From NCBI GenBank assembly GCA_035084275.1, contig CM068744.1:42656001-42720000 (forward strand): a stretch of 64,000 nt of DNA. Direction: 5' to 3'. Shown here piece by piece: positions 1 to 14,395 of the stretch. The DNA is from Hydrolagus colliei (Eukaryota). Under the pieces are notes generated by a model. The model did not search any database. It was not told where the DNA came from and was given only the letters and a program-made list of their open reading frames with translations. The translations under genes were made by a program, and so were the position numbers. Position 1 is the stretch's first letter, and the number at the start of each line of letters is the position of its first letter.

Positions 1-1062
1 GAGAAGTTCTATGAAGTCTTCTCTTAACCATTCGTGCTCCAAGGAGAATAATCCTCTAGCCTCTCTAGCTTCTCCTGATAACTGAAGTCCCCCAGGGATC
101 GATTTTGGGACCACTGCTCTGTTTAATATATACTAATGATCTGGGCATGGATGTAGGGAGCACAGTTTCCAGGTTTGCAGATGATACTAAGTTAGGGAGA
201 ATAGTAAATAGTGAGGGGGATAGTAACCAGCTGCAAGAAGGTATAGATAAAATGGTAAAGTGGGTGGACACATGGCAGATAAAGTTTAATGCAGAGAAGT
301 GTGAAGTGATAAATTTTGGGAGAAGAAATGAGGGGAGGCAATATAGGCTAGATAGTACAATTTTAAGTGGTGTGAGGGAAGAGAGGAGACCTAGGGATTT
401 GTGTAGTGACTCTTTGAAGGTGGCAGGACAGGTAGACAAAATCGGTAGGAAGGCATATGTACTCTATAAATAGGGGTATAGAGTACAAAAGTCAGGAAGT
501 GCTGACTAACCTTTACAAAACTTTGGAATACTGTGTTGAATTCTGGTGACCACACTATAGAAAGGATGTTAAGGCATTGGAAAGGGTGCAAAAAGGTTTA
601 CTGGAATGGTACCAGGATTGAGGGACTTCAGTTATGAGGAAAGGCTAGATAGGCTGGGTTTATTCTCTTTAGAACAGAGAAGGTTGAGAGGAGACCTAAT
701 AGAGGTTTATAAAATCATGAGGGGATTCAACAGTGTGAATAAGGAAAACTGTTTCCACTGGTGGGCAAATCTGTGACTCTTGGTCACAGATTTAAAATAG
801 TTTCAAAATGAAGCAGAGGAGAGCTGAGGAGAAATGTTTTCACTCAACGGGTTGTTCGAATCTGGAATGCATTGCCTGAAAAAGTGGTGGAGGCCGATTC
901 GATAACAGCTTTCAAAAAAAATTAGATCTTTATTTAGCGAGAACAGGTCTGTTAGGTTATGGGGAGAGAGCTGGGCAGTGGGATTGAGTTGCTCTTTTCA
1001 AAGAGCCGGCACAGACTAGATGGACCGAATGGCCTCCTTTTGCGCCATAAGATTCTATGATT
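1..1062 (+). mobile_element. CR1/L3 LINE 3' fragment (RT C-terminus and 3' UTR)
   Basis: ORF 105-473 contains GPLL.LIY.NDL..FADDTKLG; tail GAATGGCCTCC..ATTCTATGAT. Confidence 0.9.
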
Positions 1063-2109
1063 TCTGGTACCATCCTGGTAAATCTCTTTTGCACCCTCTC
1101 CAATGACTTGACATCCTTCCTAAAGTGTGATGACCAGAACTGAACACAGTCTCCAGCTGAGGCCTAACCAGTGTTTTATACAGGTTAATCCTAACTTCCT
1201 GACTTTTGTACTCTATGCCCCTATTTATAAAGCCTAGTATCCTGTATACTATTTTTTAAACAGCCTTGTACACCTTGTACCGGTCCCACTTGCCATATAA
1301 CTGGTCCCAATAATTCAGGAACCTGAAGCCTTCCTTTCTGCACCATTTCTCCAGCCATCCATTCATGTGTTTGATCCTGCCATTTGATACTTGCAAGAGG
1401 CACTGAGAGTAATCCAGGGATCACCATCTTTGAGGTCCTGCTCTTTAGCTATTTGCATGGCTTCTGATCCTCTCCCTGTAGGCTCTCAGCCTTTTTTCCC
1501 TTATGTCATGGATTCCAACATGGACCATGACTTCTGTCAGACCCCACCTCTCGCTGTAGAATGTTCTGCACCCATAATGTGATGTTTTCAACCTTGGAAC
1601 CAGGGAGGCAAATACCATTCGAGAGTCTTCAGTTGCAGAAATGCCTGTCTACTCCTCTCACCATTGTGTCCCCAATGATAATTCCATCGACACTTTTCCC
1701 TGTGTCCCACTGTGTGTCCATTTGTTTTGCCTCCCCTTCCCAGGGGTGTCATCACCAGTATTCAGTACAGTGACCAGTTTGTGAGTGCAGGGGATTTCTG
1801 CCCTGCCTGTCCCCTCCTCCTACCCAGTCACTCTCCTTCTGAACCCTTTGTGGCTGTAGGGTGACCACCTCGTGATATGTTCGATCCATGAGCCCTTCAG
1901 CCTCCCGTCCGCTGTGTAGCTCTCTACAGAAACCCTGAGCTGTGTAGCTCTCTACAGAAATCCTGAGCTCCAGCTTGAGCATACGGAGGCTGGAATTCCC
2001 ACAGGGATCTCGTTGTGTAATGTGTCTCAGCTGCCCTGCCATATTCTCAGGCATGTATTAGAGCATTTTAATATACCGTAACTATTATGTATTATACCAA
2101 TACACAATA

Positions 2110-2612
2110 CTCCGCGACCACATAACCCCCACCCTCGTTCGTCTCCATTGGCTCCCCATTCTCCAGAGGATCGAGTTCAAGATCCTCGTCCTCACCTACA
2201 AGGCCTTACACGGCCTTGTCCCGCCCTATTTAACCGATCTACTTTCCCCCTACAAGCCCACCCGGACCCTCCGTTCAACAGGACTTGGCCTGCTCCGAGC
2301 CCCCCGCCCGAACCGCCCCACCATCGGAGGCCGGGTCTTCAGTTTCTCCGCTCCCACCCTATGGAATGCCATCCCTCAATCCCTCCATTTCGTTTCTTCC
2401 CTTTCCTCTTTCAAGGCCGGTTTGAAGACTTTCCTCTTCGATCGTGCCTTTTGTTCCACCCCAAACTTTTCGACCTCCCCTTCGTGTTTCACCCCTTCCC
2501 AAACACTCCCCTCTCAGCTCGGGTCACACGCCTCCTGTGCAGCGCCTTGGGATGTCCTCCCGACGTGAAAGGCGCTCTATAAATGTAATTTGTTGTTGTT
2601 GTTGTTGTTGTT
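2110..2612 (+). mobile_element. L2 LINE 3' fragment with (GTT)n tail
   Basis: Encodes LHWLP..RIEFKIL in an alternate frame; ends GTGAAAGGCGCTCTATAAATGTAATTT(GTT)n. Confidence 0.88.
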
Positions 2613-3388
2613 ATATAATTATGCACCGCTTTCACCCTCTGTGGTGAATTTGCACTCTCAACACATTCCCTAACAGAAATCTCATCCTGTTCCACCCCGT
2701 CTGCCTACTGGGGCAGAGAGTTACAGATTTCCACTACCGTTTTTGTAAAAAACGTCCTCCCAATCTCCTCCTAAATTAGATACTACCCAGCGTGGAGTTC
2801 AAATTGTTGTTGAAGCTGCACTGCACGCCCTCTGGAGGCAATATATCTTCCCTGAAGTGCAGAGCCCAAAACTGAATGCTCTGATGGGGTCTGCCCAAGT
2901 CTCCATACAGTTGAAACATAATTTCTTCTCCTTTATTTTCCAGCCCCTTGAGATAAAGGCCAACATTTCTTCTCCTTTATTTCTTTCTCCCCTGAGGATC
3001 AGTGAATTCATAGATCTTGATAATGGTCAGGAACAGGATAGTATGACCTTGTGGCGCTATATTTGAATGCACAAAGCATTCATAAAAAGATAGATGAACT
3101 AATGGCACAAATAGAGATAAATAGGTATGATCTAGTAGCCATTACTAAGACATGGTTACAGGGAGACCCAGGTTGAGAGCTAAACATTCTGAGGTACTCG
3201 ACATATAGGAAAGATAGGCAAAGTGGAAAACAAGGTGGGTGGGGAGGTAGCACTGCTAATAAAGGTTGCGATAAAAACAGTAGAGAGGAAGGATTTAAAC
3301 AACACCAAAATTACACTTGTATAGCGTCTTTCATGTCAGGAGGATGTCCCAAGGCCCTGGACGGTCACTGTATCAGACCAATGGTGGG

Positions 3389-5750
3389 CAACAACAACAA
3401 CAACAACAAATTACACTTATAAAGCGCCTTTCACGTCGGGAGGACGTCCCAAGGTGCTGCACAGGAGGCGTGTGACCCGAGCTGGGAGGGGAGTGTATGG
3501 GAAGGGGTGAAACAAGCAGGGGAGGTCGAAGAATTCGGGGTGAAACAAAAGGCATGGTCAAAGAGGAAAGTCGTCAAACCGGCCTTGAAAGAGGAAAGGG
3601 AAGAAACGAGACGGAGGGATTGGGGGATGGAATTCCATAAGGTGGGAGCGGAGAAACTGAAGGCCCGGCCTCCGATGGTGGGGCGGTTTGGGCGGGGGGC
3701 TTGGAGCAGGCCAAGTCCTGCTGAACGGTGGGCTTGTAGGGGGAGAGTAAATTGGTTAAATAGGGTGGGGCAAGGCCATGTAAGGCCTTGAAGGTGAGGA
3801 CGAGGATCTTGAACTCGATCCTCTGGGGGATGGGGAGCCAGTGGAGACGGGCAAGGGTGGGGGTTATGTGGTCGCGGAGGCGGGTGCGGGATAATACACG
3901 GGCTGCAGAGTTTTGGATGACCTGCAGCCTGTGAATGGAGGAACTGGGGAGGCCGACGAGGAGAGAGTTTCCGTAGTCCAGCCTTGAGCTGATGTACGCG
4001 TGCATGAGTGTTTCAGCAGCGTGGGGGGTAAGATAATTGCGGAGCCTGGCAATGTTGCGCAGGTGGAAGTAAGCGTTTCCGGTCAAGGTGCGGATGTGGG
4101 GGAGGAAGGAGAGTTTTTGGTCGAACGTGATGCCGAGGTTCGTGACTGGCTTTGTGAGGTGGAGAGTACAGCCTTGGATGTTGAGGCTGGCAGCGCCCGA
4201 TGTGCGGAGGTGCTGGCTTGAGCCGATCAGGAGGGCCTCGGTCTTACTCACGTTCAATTGGAGGAAGTTGTCCCTCGTCCAGGACTCAATGTCGGACAGA
4301 CATGCCGTCAGAACATCGATGGTCTGGGGGTTGAGGGATGAGGCAGAAAGGTACAGCTGGGTATCGTCCGCATACATGTGGAAATTTACCACATGTTTGC
4401 GGATGACATCGCCCACAGGGAGTGTATAAATGGTGAAAAGGATGGGGCCGAGGACAGAGCCCTGAGGGACGCCGTGAGAAACTGTGCGGGGGTTTGAGGA
4501 GAAACCGTTGGAAGATACAAAGTGTAGGTGGTGGGTCAGGTAGGAATGGAACCAGTCAAGGATTGTGCCTTGAAGGTTGAGGTGGGTGGAAAGACGTTGG
4601 AGGAGGATGGTGTGATCGACTGTGTCGAACGCAGCAGACAAGTCAAGGAGGACGAGGAGGCAGAGGGAGCCCTGGTCACAGGCGGTTAGGATATCATTTG
4701 TAACCTTAACCAGGGCAGTTTCTGTGCTGTGAGCAGGGCGGAAACCTGATTGGAGGGGTTCAAGGAGTGAGTGAGTTGAAAGGAAAGAGCGGAGCTGGGA
4801 GGCAACCACTCTTTCAAGGACCTTGGATAAAAACGGGAGGTTGGAGATGGGTCGATAGCTGGATGGTTGCGACGCATCAAGGGAGGGTTTCTTCAGGATA
4901 TGGGTGATGGTGGCTGTTTTAAGGGAGATAGGGACGGTGCCTGAGGAGAGGGAAAGGTTAATGGTGTCAGAAATGAGCAGGGCCAGAAGGTGGAGCTTGG
5001 TGCGGAGGAGGGGGGTGGGGATGGGGGTCCAATGAACACGTGGTGGGTTTCATGGAGGTGATTATTTTAATGATTGAAGACGGGGAGGTGGGGATGAAAG
5101 TATGAAGGGGGGGTTGGCTGAGGGTTGAAATAACGGATGGAGGGGCGGAGGTGGAGGAGAGGTGGGGGGAGGAAACCGCGCAGCGGATTCTCTCTATTTT
5201 GGACTCGAGGAAGTCCAACATTTCCTTGCACCGTTCGTTTGAGGAGAGGATCTGCGAAGCGAGACGGGGGGGTTGGCGGAGGAGCTGGTTGGTGGGGGCG
5301 AAGAGGAGGCGGTGGTTGTCCTTCGCTTCCAGGATTATCCTGGAGTAGAAGGCTGATTTGTCGGTGGCTAGGACGGAGCGGTAACATTTGATGCGGTCCA
5401 GCCAGATTTGCCAGTGGACCGTGAGGCCAGATTTGAGCCAGGTGCGTTCAACTGCTCTCACTTGGCTTTTGAGGGAACGGAGGTGAGTTGTGTACCACGG
5501 TGATGATCGGGAGTGGGAGACGGTTTTGGTGGTGAGGGGGGCCAGGGTGTCGAGAGTAGTGGAGAGGGTGTTATGGAGGGCGGTGGAGGCGGAGGATGGG
5601 TCGGTGCAAAAAGAGCGCCACAGGGGGAGGAGGTCGGAGGTTTTGATGGCAGAGGTGAAGGTTTGAGGGGGAATCTTCTTCCAGGGCCGGTAGAAGATGG
5701 TGGTGGGCAGGTTGGTAAGGGGTCAGAAGGTCAGTATGGGTGGATGTAAG
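3389..5750 (-). mobile_element. Young 5'-truncated L2 LINE with near-intact RT
   Basis: ORF 3574-4809 has QSGFRPAHSTETAL, LLDLSAAFDTVDH, GVPQGSVLGP and YADDTQLY; ORF 4967-5461 is upstream ORF2; (AAC)n tail at 3389. Confidence 0.95.
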
Positions 5751-5859
5751 AAATAACAAGGGGCAGAAAACATTAGTGGGACTAGTTTATAGACCCCTTT
5801 ATAGACCTGTTTATAGAACAGCAGTCACAGAATTGCACAGGTTATTAAATAAGAAATTA

Positions 5860-7110
5860 ATTAAGCAAAGATAATGCGCCAACAGTGGGTGATGTCAAAC
5901 TTCACATAGATTGGGAAAACCAAATTGGCAAAAGTAGGTTAGAGGAGGAGTTCATAGAATGCATAAGATATAGTTTTCTGGATCAGTTTATACCGAGGAA
6001 CCAATCAGGGGACTGGCAATCCTAAACATTGTTTTGTGTAACGAAATGGGGCTAATCGGCAATATAGATACTAAAGCTTCTCTAGGGCAGAGTGACCATA
6101 ACATAATGGAATTTAACATTAAGTTAGAGAGCGATGTAGTTAAGTCCAAAGCAAGGGTCTTACATTTAAATGAAGCTAACCTTTCAGGTATGAGGGAAGA
6201 TTTAGCTAAAACAGACTGGGGAATTAGATTAAAGGATGTGACAGTAAACCAACAATGGCAAATGTTTAAGGATATAGTACATAATTCCCAGCAGTCACTT
6301 ATTCCCTTGAGGAATAAAAACACCACAGCAAATGTTGGTCAACCATGTCTAACTCGGGAAGTTAGGGAAAGTATAAATAAAAAGAAGAGGACTATAATAC
6401 TGCCATAAAGAGCAGTAAACCTGAGGATTGGGAGAGCTTTAGGGATCAGCAAAGGAAAACCAAGAAACTGATTAAGATGGAACAAATGTAATATGGAATG
6501 TAGATAAAGTCAGATTGTAAGAGTTTCTACAAATACATAAAGAGGTAAAGACTATCTAAAGTGAATATAGTTCCATTTCAGGCAGAGTCAGGAGAATTTA
6601 CAATCGGGAATAAAGAAAAGGCAGAATAATGAAATAAATATTTTGTTTCTGTCTTCACATTAGAATTTAGAAGACACTGATAACTTATTGAAAATAGAGG
6701 GGAACCAAGAGGCTGATGATAGTGAGGCAATTAAAGAAATCAACATCAGTAAATAAATAGTTCTAGGGAAATTGATGGGTTTAAAGAATAATAAATTCCC
6801 TGGACCTGATGGCCTGCATCCTCGGGTTTTAAAAGAGGTGGCTGCAGAGATAATGGTGGAAAATTATAGAATCTATAACTAAGGACATAATCGTGAGGTA
6901 CTTAGAAAATTATAACATGATATGGCAGAGTCAACATGGCTTCCCAAAGGGAAATCATGTTTAACACATCTTTTAAAGTTTGTTGAGGATGTAACCAGCA
7001 GGCTAAATAGGGTGGGACACAGTAGATGTTGTGTATTTGGACTTTCAGAAGGCATTCACAAAGGTGCCACATAAAAGGCTGCTAAATAAGATGAGGGCCC
7101 AATGGAATTA
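5860..7110 (+). mobile_element. Degenerate CR1 ORF2 (endonuclease end to RT start)
   Basis: LGQSDHNIMEFNI; GPDGLHPRVLKE-like and DFQKAF-like segments with stops. Confidence 0.85.
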
Positions 7111-7114
7111 AAGG

Positions 7115-8075
7115 TACAATAACAACAAATTACATTTATAGAGCGCCTTTTATATTGGGAGGATGTCCCAAGGAGCTGAACAGTCAGGTCAGGATCCAAG
7201 CAGGAGCAGTGTAGGTGGGTGGGGTGGGAAAGAGTTGGGATGGCAGCGGAAGGCACAGTCAAAAAGGAGGGTCTTGAAACCGGCCTTGAAAGAGGCCAGG
7301 GAAGGAGCGAGGCGAAGGGACTGTGGGATGGAGTTCCAGAGTGTGGGGGGCAGAGAGGCTGAAAGCTTGTCGGCTGATGGTAGGACATGTTCGGTGGGGG
7401 ACGTGGAGCAGGGCGGAGCCAGATGAACGGAGGGGACTGGGAGGTTGATAGGGGGACAGGAGGTAGTAGAGATGGGGTGGGTGGGTGGGCAAGACTGTGA
7501 ATGGCCTTGAAGGTGAGGACGAGGATCTTGAATTTGATCCTCTGGGGGACAGGGAACCAATGGAACTGGGCAAGGGTAGGAGTGATGTGGTCATGGAGCT
7601 TGGTGTGGGAGAAGACATGAACTGCAGAGTTCTGAATGATCTCTAGCTTGTGAAGTGAAGAACCAGGAAGGCTGACGAGGAGGGAGTTTCCATAGTTGAC
7701 CCTTGATGTGACGAATGCATGGACAAGGGTTTCGACAGATTGAGGGGTGAGGCAGTGGCGGAGTCTGGCGATGTTGCAAAGGTGATGGAATGCAGTACCG
7801 GTCATGGCACAGATTTGGGTGAGGAACGATAGTTCAGGGTCGAATAAGACACCAAGGTTCCTGACTATCTTAGAGATGTGTAGAGTGCAGCCTTGGATGC
7901 TAATGGTGTCAGCGCCTGAGGTGCCGAGGTGTTGATGCGAGCCAATCAGGAGGGCCTCAGTCTTGCGGACATTCAGCAGAAGAATGTTATTTTTCATCCA
8001 GGATTCAATGTCAGACAGGCAGGCAGTCAGGACGCTGGTAGTCCTGGAGTTGAGGGTGGAAGCGGAAAGATAGCA
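7115..8075 (-). mobile_element. L2 LINE 3' fragment
   Basis: ORF 7056-7997 is L2 ORF2 C-terminus; carries the L2 tail. Confidence 0.88.
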
Positions 8076-11000
8076 TGAAATGAAGTGGATATCAGGAAGA
8101 AAACAGAGAGTAGGGATAAACGGGGCCTTCTCAGATTGGTAGGATGTGCCATAGAATCAATGCTTGATGGACACGAAATGCCTCAGAAAATTTATAGTTG
8201 ATATCAATGATTTAGATGAGGAAATGCTCAACAAAGCTAAATTTGCAGATGATACAAAGCTAGGTTGGAGAGTAAGTTGTGAAGATGACAAGAAATTCAT
8301 TTGAAAAGAATTCAAAGGGATTGGCTTGGTGAGTGGGCAAGAAGGTGGAGTTTTATGTGGAGAAGTGTGAAGTTATTCACCTAGTTAGTAACAACAACTA
8401 AATTACACTTGTATTACACCTTTCACGTCAGCAGGGCATCAGGAGGACGTAGTAAAAACAGAAAAGCAGATTATTTTCTAAAGGGGGAGGCTAGGCAGTG
8501 TGAGTGTTCAGAGGGATTTGAGTGTCGTTGCACAGCAGTCACAAAAGGTTAGCACGCAGGTACAGCAAGCAATTAGGAAGGTTAATGGCATGTTGGCGTT
8601 CATTGCAAAAGGGTTAGAATACAAAAGTAGGGAAGTCTTGCTGCAACTGTATAGGGCCTTGGTGAGACCACACCTGGAATATTGTGTGCAGTTTTGTCTC
8701 CTGATTTAAGAAAGGACATACCTGAGAGGAGATGCAACGTAGATTCACTAGGTTGGTTGCTGGGATGAGGGGGTTCACCTATAAGGATACATTGAGTAGA
8801 TTGGGCCCATAATACCTAGAATATAGAAGATTTAGATGATCATATAGAAACCTATAAGATTCTTATGAGGATTGACAAAGCAAATAGTGTGAGACTGTTT
8901 CGCGAGGTTGGAGAATCCCAAACTAGGGGGTTTTAGTCTCAAGATTAAGGGTCAGCCATTTCGAACAGAGTTGCAGAAACACTTCTTCACTCAGAAGGTA
9001 GTGAATTTATGGAATTCTCTACCCCAGAAGGCTGCAGATGCTCAGTCCTTGAACATATTCACGACTGAGATTGCTAGATTTCTAATGGACAGAGGGATTA
9101 AAGGATATGGGGAAAGGGCGGGTAAATACTGCACCTTGGGACATCCTTTCAGCACCTTGGAATGTCCTCCTGATGTGAAAGGCTTATACGTGTATAAGTT
9201 TCTTATGTAAGTGTAATTTTGTTGTTGTGGTAAATGGAATTAGGTTAGAAGATCGATCATGATCCTATTAAATGGCAGAGCAGGCTCGAGGGGTCGAATG
9301 GTCTACTCCTACTTCTTATGTTCTTTATACTCCAGCCCCTTAAGATGAGGGCCAACATCACATCAGGCTTTTTGATAATGTTTTGTATCTTTGAGCTTGT
9401 TTTCAGTGATATGTGTACTTAGGCACCCAAATCTCTTTGCTCTTCCACACTTCTTAGTTTCTCACTACTGTATACAGAAAATATATTGTTTTACTATTTT
9501 TGGATCCATACTGGGTGACCTCACACTTCCCCATATTGAATTCCGCCTGCTACAGTTTGGCCCACTCACTAAGTCCTTCCCTAACATTCTGCTCCTTTGT
9601 ACACAATTTACTGTGTTGCCTAAATTTGTGACATCTGCAAATTTGTAAATCAAACTCTATATTCCTTCATTCAAGTAATTTATATTGTATTGTTTCCTGC
9701 ATCCTAACCAATCAGCAACTCACCTCACAAGGTTACCTCCAATGCCATCAGCTGTTATTATTGCCAATAACATCTTGTGTGGAACCTTGTCAAATGCCTT
9801 CTGGGTCCTGACCTGACTGTTCAGTGCTTTGGGACGTTCTCCTGAAGTGAAAGGCGCTCTATAAATGTAATTTTGTTGTTGTTGTTGTTCTGGATGTTTG
9901 AACAGACGACATCCACAGACAGTATCTTATCCACCATATTAGTGACCTCAAAATATTCAATTAGTCAGACATGATCTACCCTTCACACATCCATAATTCC
10001 CAAATATACAGCTTTGGAAAATTATAACTAAAACATCTGCCATTTGCTCCCCTGTTTCTTTTAGTACCTTGAGGTGGAACCATCAGATCCTGGAAACATA
10101 TCTATCTTTAGTCCCATTATGTTCCCCATTACCATTGCTTTATTTCTATTAAATCCATTTAGTTCTTCTTTTTGACTTATTTTTAGGTTCCCTTTTACTG
10201 CTGGTATTTTGTTCTCTTCCTCAACTGTATAACCACAAGAGGATTAAGGTTTTAAAAAAGATGTCTGATGAGATAGTGGATGCCTTGTGTTTGATCTTCC
10301 AAAATTCTCTAGATTTGCATTGATTGGAAGATTGCATATGCCATACCCCTATTTAAGAAGGGTGGGAGAGAGAAGATGGGGGAACTATAGATCAGTTAGT
10401 CTGAAATCAGTGGTAGAGAAAATTCTAGAATCCTTAATTAAGGACTTCGTAGTGGGGTACTTAGAAGACCACAACATAATTAGGCAGAGTCAACATGGCT
10501 TTACAAAAGGGAGGTCATGCTTAACAAATCTTTTAGAGTTTTTTGAGGATGCAACTAGCAGGTTAGATAGGGGGGAACCAGCAGATGTAGAGTATCTAGA
10601 TTTTCAGAAGGCATTTGATAAGGTGCCACATAAAAGGATGTACTTGCCTTGGAGAGGGTACAATGTAGATTCACTAGGTTGGTTCCTGGGATGAGGGGTT
10701 TGAGTTATGAGGATAGATCGAATAATCTAGATCTATAATCTCTGGAATATAGAAGAATTAGAGATGATTTTATAGAAACCTATAAGATAGATAGTGGGAG
10801 ACTGTTTCCCCTGGTTGGAGAAACTATAACTAGGGGGTCAAAGTCTTAAGATTAGGGGTCACCTTTTTCGCACAGATTTGTGGAAAACCTTCTTCACACA
10901 GAGGGTAGTGAATTTATGGAATTATCTACCCCAAAGGGCTGTAGATGCTCAGTCCTTGAATATATTCAAGACTGAAATTGACAGATTTCTTATGGATAAA

Positions 11001-12490
11001 GGGATTAAAGGTATGGGGATAAGGTGGGTAGGTGGAGTTAGATTAGAAGATCAGCTATGATCTTATTGAATGGTGGGGCAGGCTCGAGGGGCCAAATGGC
11101 CTTCTCCTGCTCCTTATTTTGATGTTCTTATTTTTATGTTCTTATGTAGGAGTTTCTATGTTGAGGGATATGGACTGGTTTTGTATTGTACCAAATTGTT
11201 CATTGAGTACGTCCCACTGTATGTTAACCACAGCTTCTACCTATACAGCTCCATCCATGCTGGGTAGAGACTGAGAGCACTCCTTCTCTACTTTGTATCT
11301 GCCAACGGCTTTTCTTCAACCCCTGAACCATCTTGTGCAGCGTTCCTCAGGACTCTGTCCTTGTTCCCGTCCTCTTCACCCTCCCCCTCGGTGACATCAT
11401 CTGCACACATGGAGTACATTTCCATATGTATGCAGATGACACCTAACTCTATCTCTCTGCTTCCACGGCTTGCACACTCCATCTTAAGAAGCTAGTCAGG
11501 AACCTGGGTGTCTTGTTTGACTCTCAACCCCCACTTTATCCCCCATGTCTGTGCCATGACCAGCAATTCCTTCCACCATCTCCATAAGATTGCCAGACTC
11601 TGCCACTGCCTCATCCCGCAGGCTGCCAGAACCCTCAACCATGCATTTGTCACATCAAAACTTTTGAAATTCCCTCCTTGTTGACCTTGCCAGCTCTTCC
11701 CCCTCACATGCTGCAGATCACCCAAAACTCTGCAGCTGATATCCTCTCTCACACCAGGCTCTGCAACACCATCACTCCATTGGCTTCCCTTACCCCAGAG
11801 GATCGAATTCAAGATCCATGTCCTCATTTTGAAGGCCATCCATCGCCTTGCCTCTGCTTAATTCTCCAACCTGCTGACCCTACCAACCTTCCTGCCCCCT
11901 CCATTCAGTGGGCTCTGGTCTGCTCCATGTTAACTGCCCGACCCCCCCTACAATTGCTGGACGGGCTTTCAGGTGGATGGGTGGAATTTTCAGTTGTAAA
12001 GGTGGGTGGAGGTGGGATGGCACAGGGATTGAGGGAGTGTGTTTCCAGAGGTTTAGGGCGTAGTGGCTGAAAGTAGTGGCGACCTCTGATGGTGGGGCAG
12101 AGGGTGTGAGGAACGAGTAGGAGGCCAGGGCCAGTGGAGCAGAGGTGCAAGGTGGTGGATTGGGGAGTGAGGAGGTTGTAGAGGTAGGGAGGTATCAGGG
12201 AGTGAATGGATTTGAATGTGATATCCATGGATTTACCCATTAATCGCCCAGTTTATTGCAGTTAATTTATTTCTCATTCCTTCAAAGTTTGTTGAAGAAA
12301 AATCAACAAATTTAAAATCTTAAATTTAAAATCTTAGTTTGTGACTCTCCCTTATACCTGAGGGACTCTCTAACCTTATATCAAATTCAATCATATTATG
12401 GTTACTATTTTCAGGATGTTCCTTTACTGTCAGATTGTTCACTAATTCTGGTTTGTTATTCAGCATCAAATCTACTATGGCATGTTGCCC
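8076..12490. mobile_element. Nested mosaic of CR1 and L2 fragments in both orientations
   Basis: ORFs 8500, 8908, 10287 and 10878 (CR1), 11678 and 11905 (L2), 12326 (CR1 endonuclease); several inserted L2 tails. Confidence 0.8.
9805..9887 (+). mobile_element. 83-bp L2 3'-end insertion with TTCTGG target-site duplication
   Basis: TTCTGG at 9799-9804 and 9888-9893; the empty site is present in the paralogous block near 48910-48930 (-). Confidence 0.8.
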
Positions 12491-12580
12491 ACAAAATACA
12501 GTCAATCCACCGGACAATAAATCCTGTGAAGCTTTGAGGGAGCTAGAAGGAGCAATAATACACTGTATCAAATGCAAGGA

Positions 12581-12611
<31 letters not shown>

Positions 12612-14074
12612 ATGCTTCCCTGATCCCTGTATTTATATACTGTATTTCCCAAATTAAACCACTGAGCTGCTGCTCTGAAACTCTCTCCCCAAATTCCTAG
12701 CTCTGCACCTTCTCTTTCTGACTTCAAAACCTCTCAAACTGTGTGTATGCGTCTGGGACCTTGAGTTCTCCCTCCTCCCCTCCTTGCTCGGTGCCCCCGG
12801 CCTTTCTGTAAAACTTTCTGAGAGTTTCAGCGGCTCTCAAACCCTCAGTGGCATCTCTCTGGCCTCTGAGTGAGAATGTTCCATTGGCACTGTGTTAATA
12901 ATAATCTTGCTTTTGATATAAATACCTTATCATGTCATTGAGATGTCTCAAAGCCCGTCACAGAATGTAAGGTAGATTGATGTAAGGGTGTTGCATTTTG
13001 TGGGTGAAATGTAGCAGCCAATTGTGCACAGCAGTGTCCCTCAAAAAGTCATGGATTGAGAGATCAATTTATTTTTATTTTGGGGGGATTATTGGCCAAG
13101 ACACTGGAAAAGAGAGAGAGAGATAAACTCCCTTCTCTTTTTAATAGCCCCATGGGATCTTTAACATCCACCTGAACAGGCACAGACTGGAACTCAGTTT
13201 AACATCTCATCCAAAAGATGGCACCTCCAACAATGCAACACATGCCAGACTATCGAATTCAAATCCTTGAGTTTCCAAATGCGGCTTGAAACCACATGTA
13301 CTGACTTGTCCCTCCGTCTCAACCTCCCCCCCAGACTCTCCTCTTTGATAGACCCATCGGCAATTCCTTATCCCCCTCCTTCCCTCCCCCGCCCTCTGTC
13401 CTCAGCTCGGGTCTGAAGCAGTAACTGTCCAGTGCCTTGGGACATCCTCCTGACGTGAAAGGCCCTATACAAATATAATTGTGTTGTTTTGTTGTAGGCC
13501 AGAGCTATCACTGGGTCAGGCTGACCACACATTGTATTCAGGGCAGTGGTTTAACTCAAGCAGCATGAGGTGGAGGGATCTGATCTGGGTCAGTACATGG
13601 ACCAAGAGAGAGAGAGAGACAGACAGACAGTTGGAGAAAGAAGGAGAGACACAGTACTCGAAACCTGATATCCACATTGTTTTCATATCCATAATGAAAG
13701 CGCTGGGGTCCACGTGATGCAGCATATCTTCCACAAGGTTATATTGGGGGCATAGAGGAGATTTTTTGCTCCATGACGGGCAGCACCTTCCCACATTATG
13801 CTTCCATTATCTGTCTGAATTGAGTCTGTATGATTTTTCTACTTTGGGACTGTCGGAGTGAGAATTAATTACTTATCATTAAATAGTGTAATTCCTAAGT
13901 ACAGTACTTGGAGCAGGAAAAATCATATCTGTTGATGCCCTGGCATCACAAGATATTAAGAGGGCATCACTTTGTGATTTTTCTTTTTCCCTGGCAGGCT
14001 ATCTTCTGGTGCAGGATAATCACAATGTGGGAAGGCTACAGACACAGAAAGAACAAAAAGGATCCTACAAGGTA

Positions 14075-14395
14075 GTTCATCCTGTAGCTCAATGGTTAGA
14101 TCAATCACCTTACAAGCTGGGGAGACCTGTGTTTGAATCCAGGCAAGTCAGGGCGAAACCCTGGGAAAGTTTCCTTACTCCACGCTCCTAATAATAATCC
14201 CTCCAAAAAGCTCAATAATAAAAATATTTGTCACTTCAACCCACGACTGTTTATGGGACACTGCTGTGTGCAATTGGCTATCGCGTTTCACCCACAAATA
14301 TCCAGTCAATTCACTTCACAGTATCTTCTGTGAAGCGCTTTGAGAAGTCGATAAGATGTAAAAAGCACTATATCAAATGCAAGGATTATTATCAT
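14075..14395 (+). mobile_element. tRNA-derived SINE (Deu-domain-like body, L2-like tail)
   Basis: Pol III A box TAGCTCAATGG and a B-box-like motif. Family copies lie at about 14652-14861 plus 15985-16095 (split by a CR1), 17990-18200, 19500-19810, 20735-21032, 23085-23396, 29335-29620, 32068-32380 and 53650-53900. Confidence 0.8.
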
